Assembly (NCBI GenBank): GCA_964187785.1
Contig: OZ076415.1
Coordinates: forward strand, 71,672,001 to 71,736,000
Source: Amphiscolops sp. MND2022
Taxonomy: Eukaryota
Length of the DNA stretch: 64,000 nt
Reading direction: 5' to 3'
Shown: piece by piece, positions 62,471 through 64,000 of the stretch
How the letters are laid out: each line of letters starts with the position of its first letter
Numbering within the stretch: the stretch's first letter is position 1
Notes under the pieces: model-generated
Database searches by the model: none
What the model saw: the letters and a program-made list of their open reading frames with translations, nothing else
Told to the model about the DNA's origin: nothing
Translations under genes and position numbers: made by a program

Positions 62471-62859
62471 GGTCAGTTCGTGTGGATTAAAAAAAAGAAA
62501 AGCCACTATAATAGTCGCGTTTCACTTCATGAAGCGCCGACTAAAAACAAGGGAATAGTCGAATATTTTTCAACAAAGGTCGCACAAGGTCAACATCACC
62601 CAAAGAGAGGACCTTTTCACCCTTTATCTCAAAATTGTAGTTCAATAATTCCAAGCAATTAAAGGTTCTTGTGTTGCCAAGGTTCGCACCGTCGGCCGGA
62701 TTTGATGGAAAATCGCAAAAACACCCAACTTCGAACTTTTTATCCTAAATGTAATTTTCTGGCAAAATGAAAAATCTTAGTTTTAGAGCGGTTCATTCCA
62801 AGTCATTTGTTCCATTCTTACTTCCTACTTGAAACTACTAGTGATAGTTGGAAAGTGGA

Positions 62860-62932
62860 GAATAGCCAGGGGCTGGAGAGCGAGTTTTGAACTCCCGAGA
62901 CCAGAGGTCGTTGGTTCAATTCCCGCACTGGT
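62860..62932 (+). ncRNA. tRNA-derived/SINE-like fragment
   Basis: B-box GGTTCAATTCC at 62913-62923 preceded by CCAGAGGTCGTT; weak A-box; no convincing cloverleaf. Confidence 0.3.
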
Positions 62933-64000
62933 TGAAACTTCATTTCATTGCGAAAGTAGAAGAGGCAAACGTTGACGAAGTTTTGGGATTCTTCGGCACT
63001 GTACTATTTTAAGTCGGCGCTTTTGTAAAAAGTGCAGACTAAAGTAGTGGGTGTTCTTTTTTTTGACCGACGAAGTGACCGATTTTATAGGTTTTATAAG
63101 CTGTTGGCAATGTCCATTTTGTGAATCTACATATTACATTTGAGTTACAAACCGGATATATCGTTTTTCCATGATGATTTGAAATTCTTTTTTTTTCAGA
63201 AATCTTTAGGTGCGTAGACACCGTAACGGAAAAGTTATCCAAAATATTGACGCGATGTAACGTCCAGCAGTCGGCGAACGAAAATTACAAAAATTCGATG
63301 AAAAATGCGAAATGTGCGATTCAAAATGGCCGATCCAGCAGGTACTGAAAATCGTAAAAGAATCAGAAAAACGCACAAAGAGCACCCCCACCCAGCCCGA
63401 AAGAGAACACCCCGCCACAGAAGTATCCCCGAAATCGCCATGTGGTGCCATCACCCTCGGAAGACGTCCCAGCTACCAGCAGAACCCGAAGAATGGCCCA
63501 CGAGATGAAGGAACTCAGAAGTTTGCATATTTTGCATGTGTCACCTAGCAGGTCAAAGTCTAGCTGACACTCACGCCTGATGTTTCCTCAGTCTGTTGTA
63601 CCGTATTTGTGGTTTTTGCAGATATTTGGTGATGTTTGACCCCTATTTTCGTTATTTTAGACGTTATTCATCTGATTAAAACGTAATGACAAGCTCTGAC
63701 CAGGTCATCATTTCGTCATAAAGTGGTGGAGGTACCTACAGCATGGGTATGTGCCCGGGACAGGCTCCCATGACCATAGGCCCATTTTGCCTCCTTTGGG
63801 TAAAAGTTGTCCCGTCAGAGGAGGATTCCGCCTCATCTGGAGTACTCGCCGACTTGATCCTGTCTTTCATTGCTATCGGCAGCGTGAATTACCCTTTTTC
63901 ATTGAAATTACAAACTCAGATAGCATTAAAAATTTGGATGGGGACGAAGATATTCTCGTTCCAGGTTTCGTTTGTCAAATCAGTAGCTCACGAGCTAAAC

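Overview
Repeat-dense eukaryotic (animal-type) nuclear DNA. The style of the repeats reminds me of acoel flatworm genomes, but this is unverified recall. One clear host gene is present: a two-exon ammonium transporter (50010-51069 + 60339-60736) whose single intron holds an 8.8-kb antisense BEL/Pao LTR retrotransposon with a GTCAT target-site duplication (TSD). The left half is layered: (i) a near-identical 4.69-kb tandem duplication (1585-10974) carrying an env-like remnant; (ii) a ~6-kb-armed inverted duplication (9237-31224 versus 31779-37900) made largely of decayed Maverick/Polinton-like sequence, centred on a 31-bp repeat array; (iii) a 15.9-kb Ty3/Gypsy element (14842-30780, GTACT TSD) inserted in the left arm only; and (iv) a four-unit 1.44-kb tandem array with ABAB higher-order structure (37486-43182). 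The most notable observation is the ~7-kb cargo of the Gypsy element. It contains an antisense multi-exon gene with phase-consistent GT-AG introns and zinc-finger/hAT-like features, a second decayed antisense gene, an intact 193-aa sense ORF, and internal copies of the LTR motif cluster (GTGACG-N6-CGTCAC / TATGCGG). There is an assembly gap at 44488-44788. Family assignments come from motif recognition, not database searches, and divergence values are estimated by eye.
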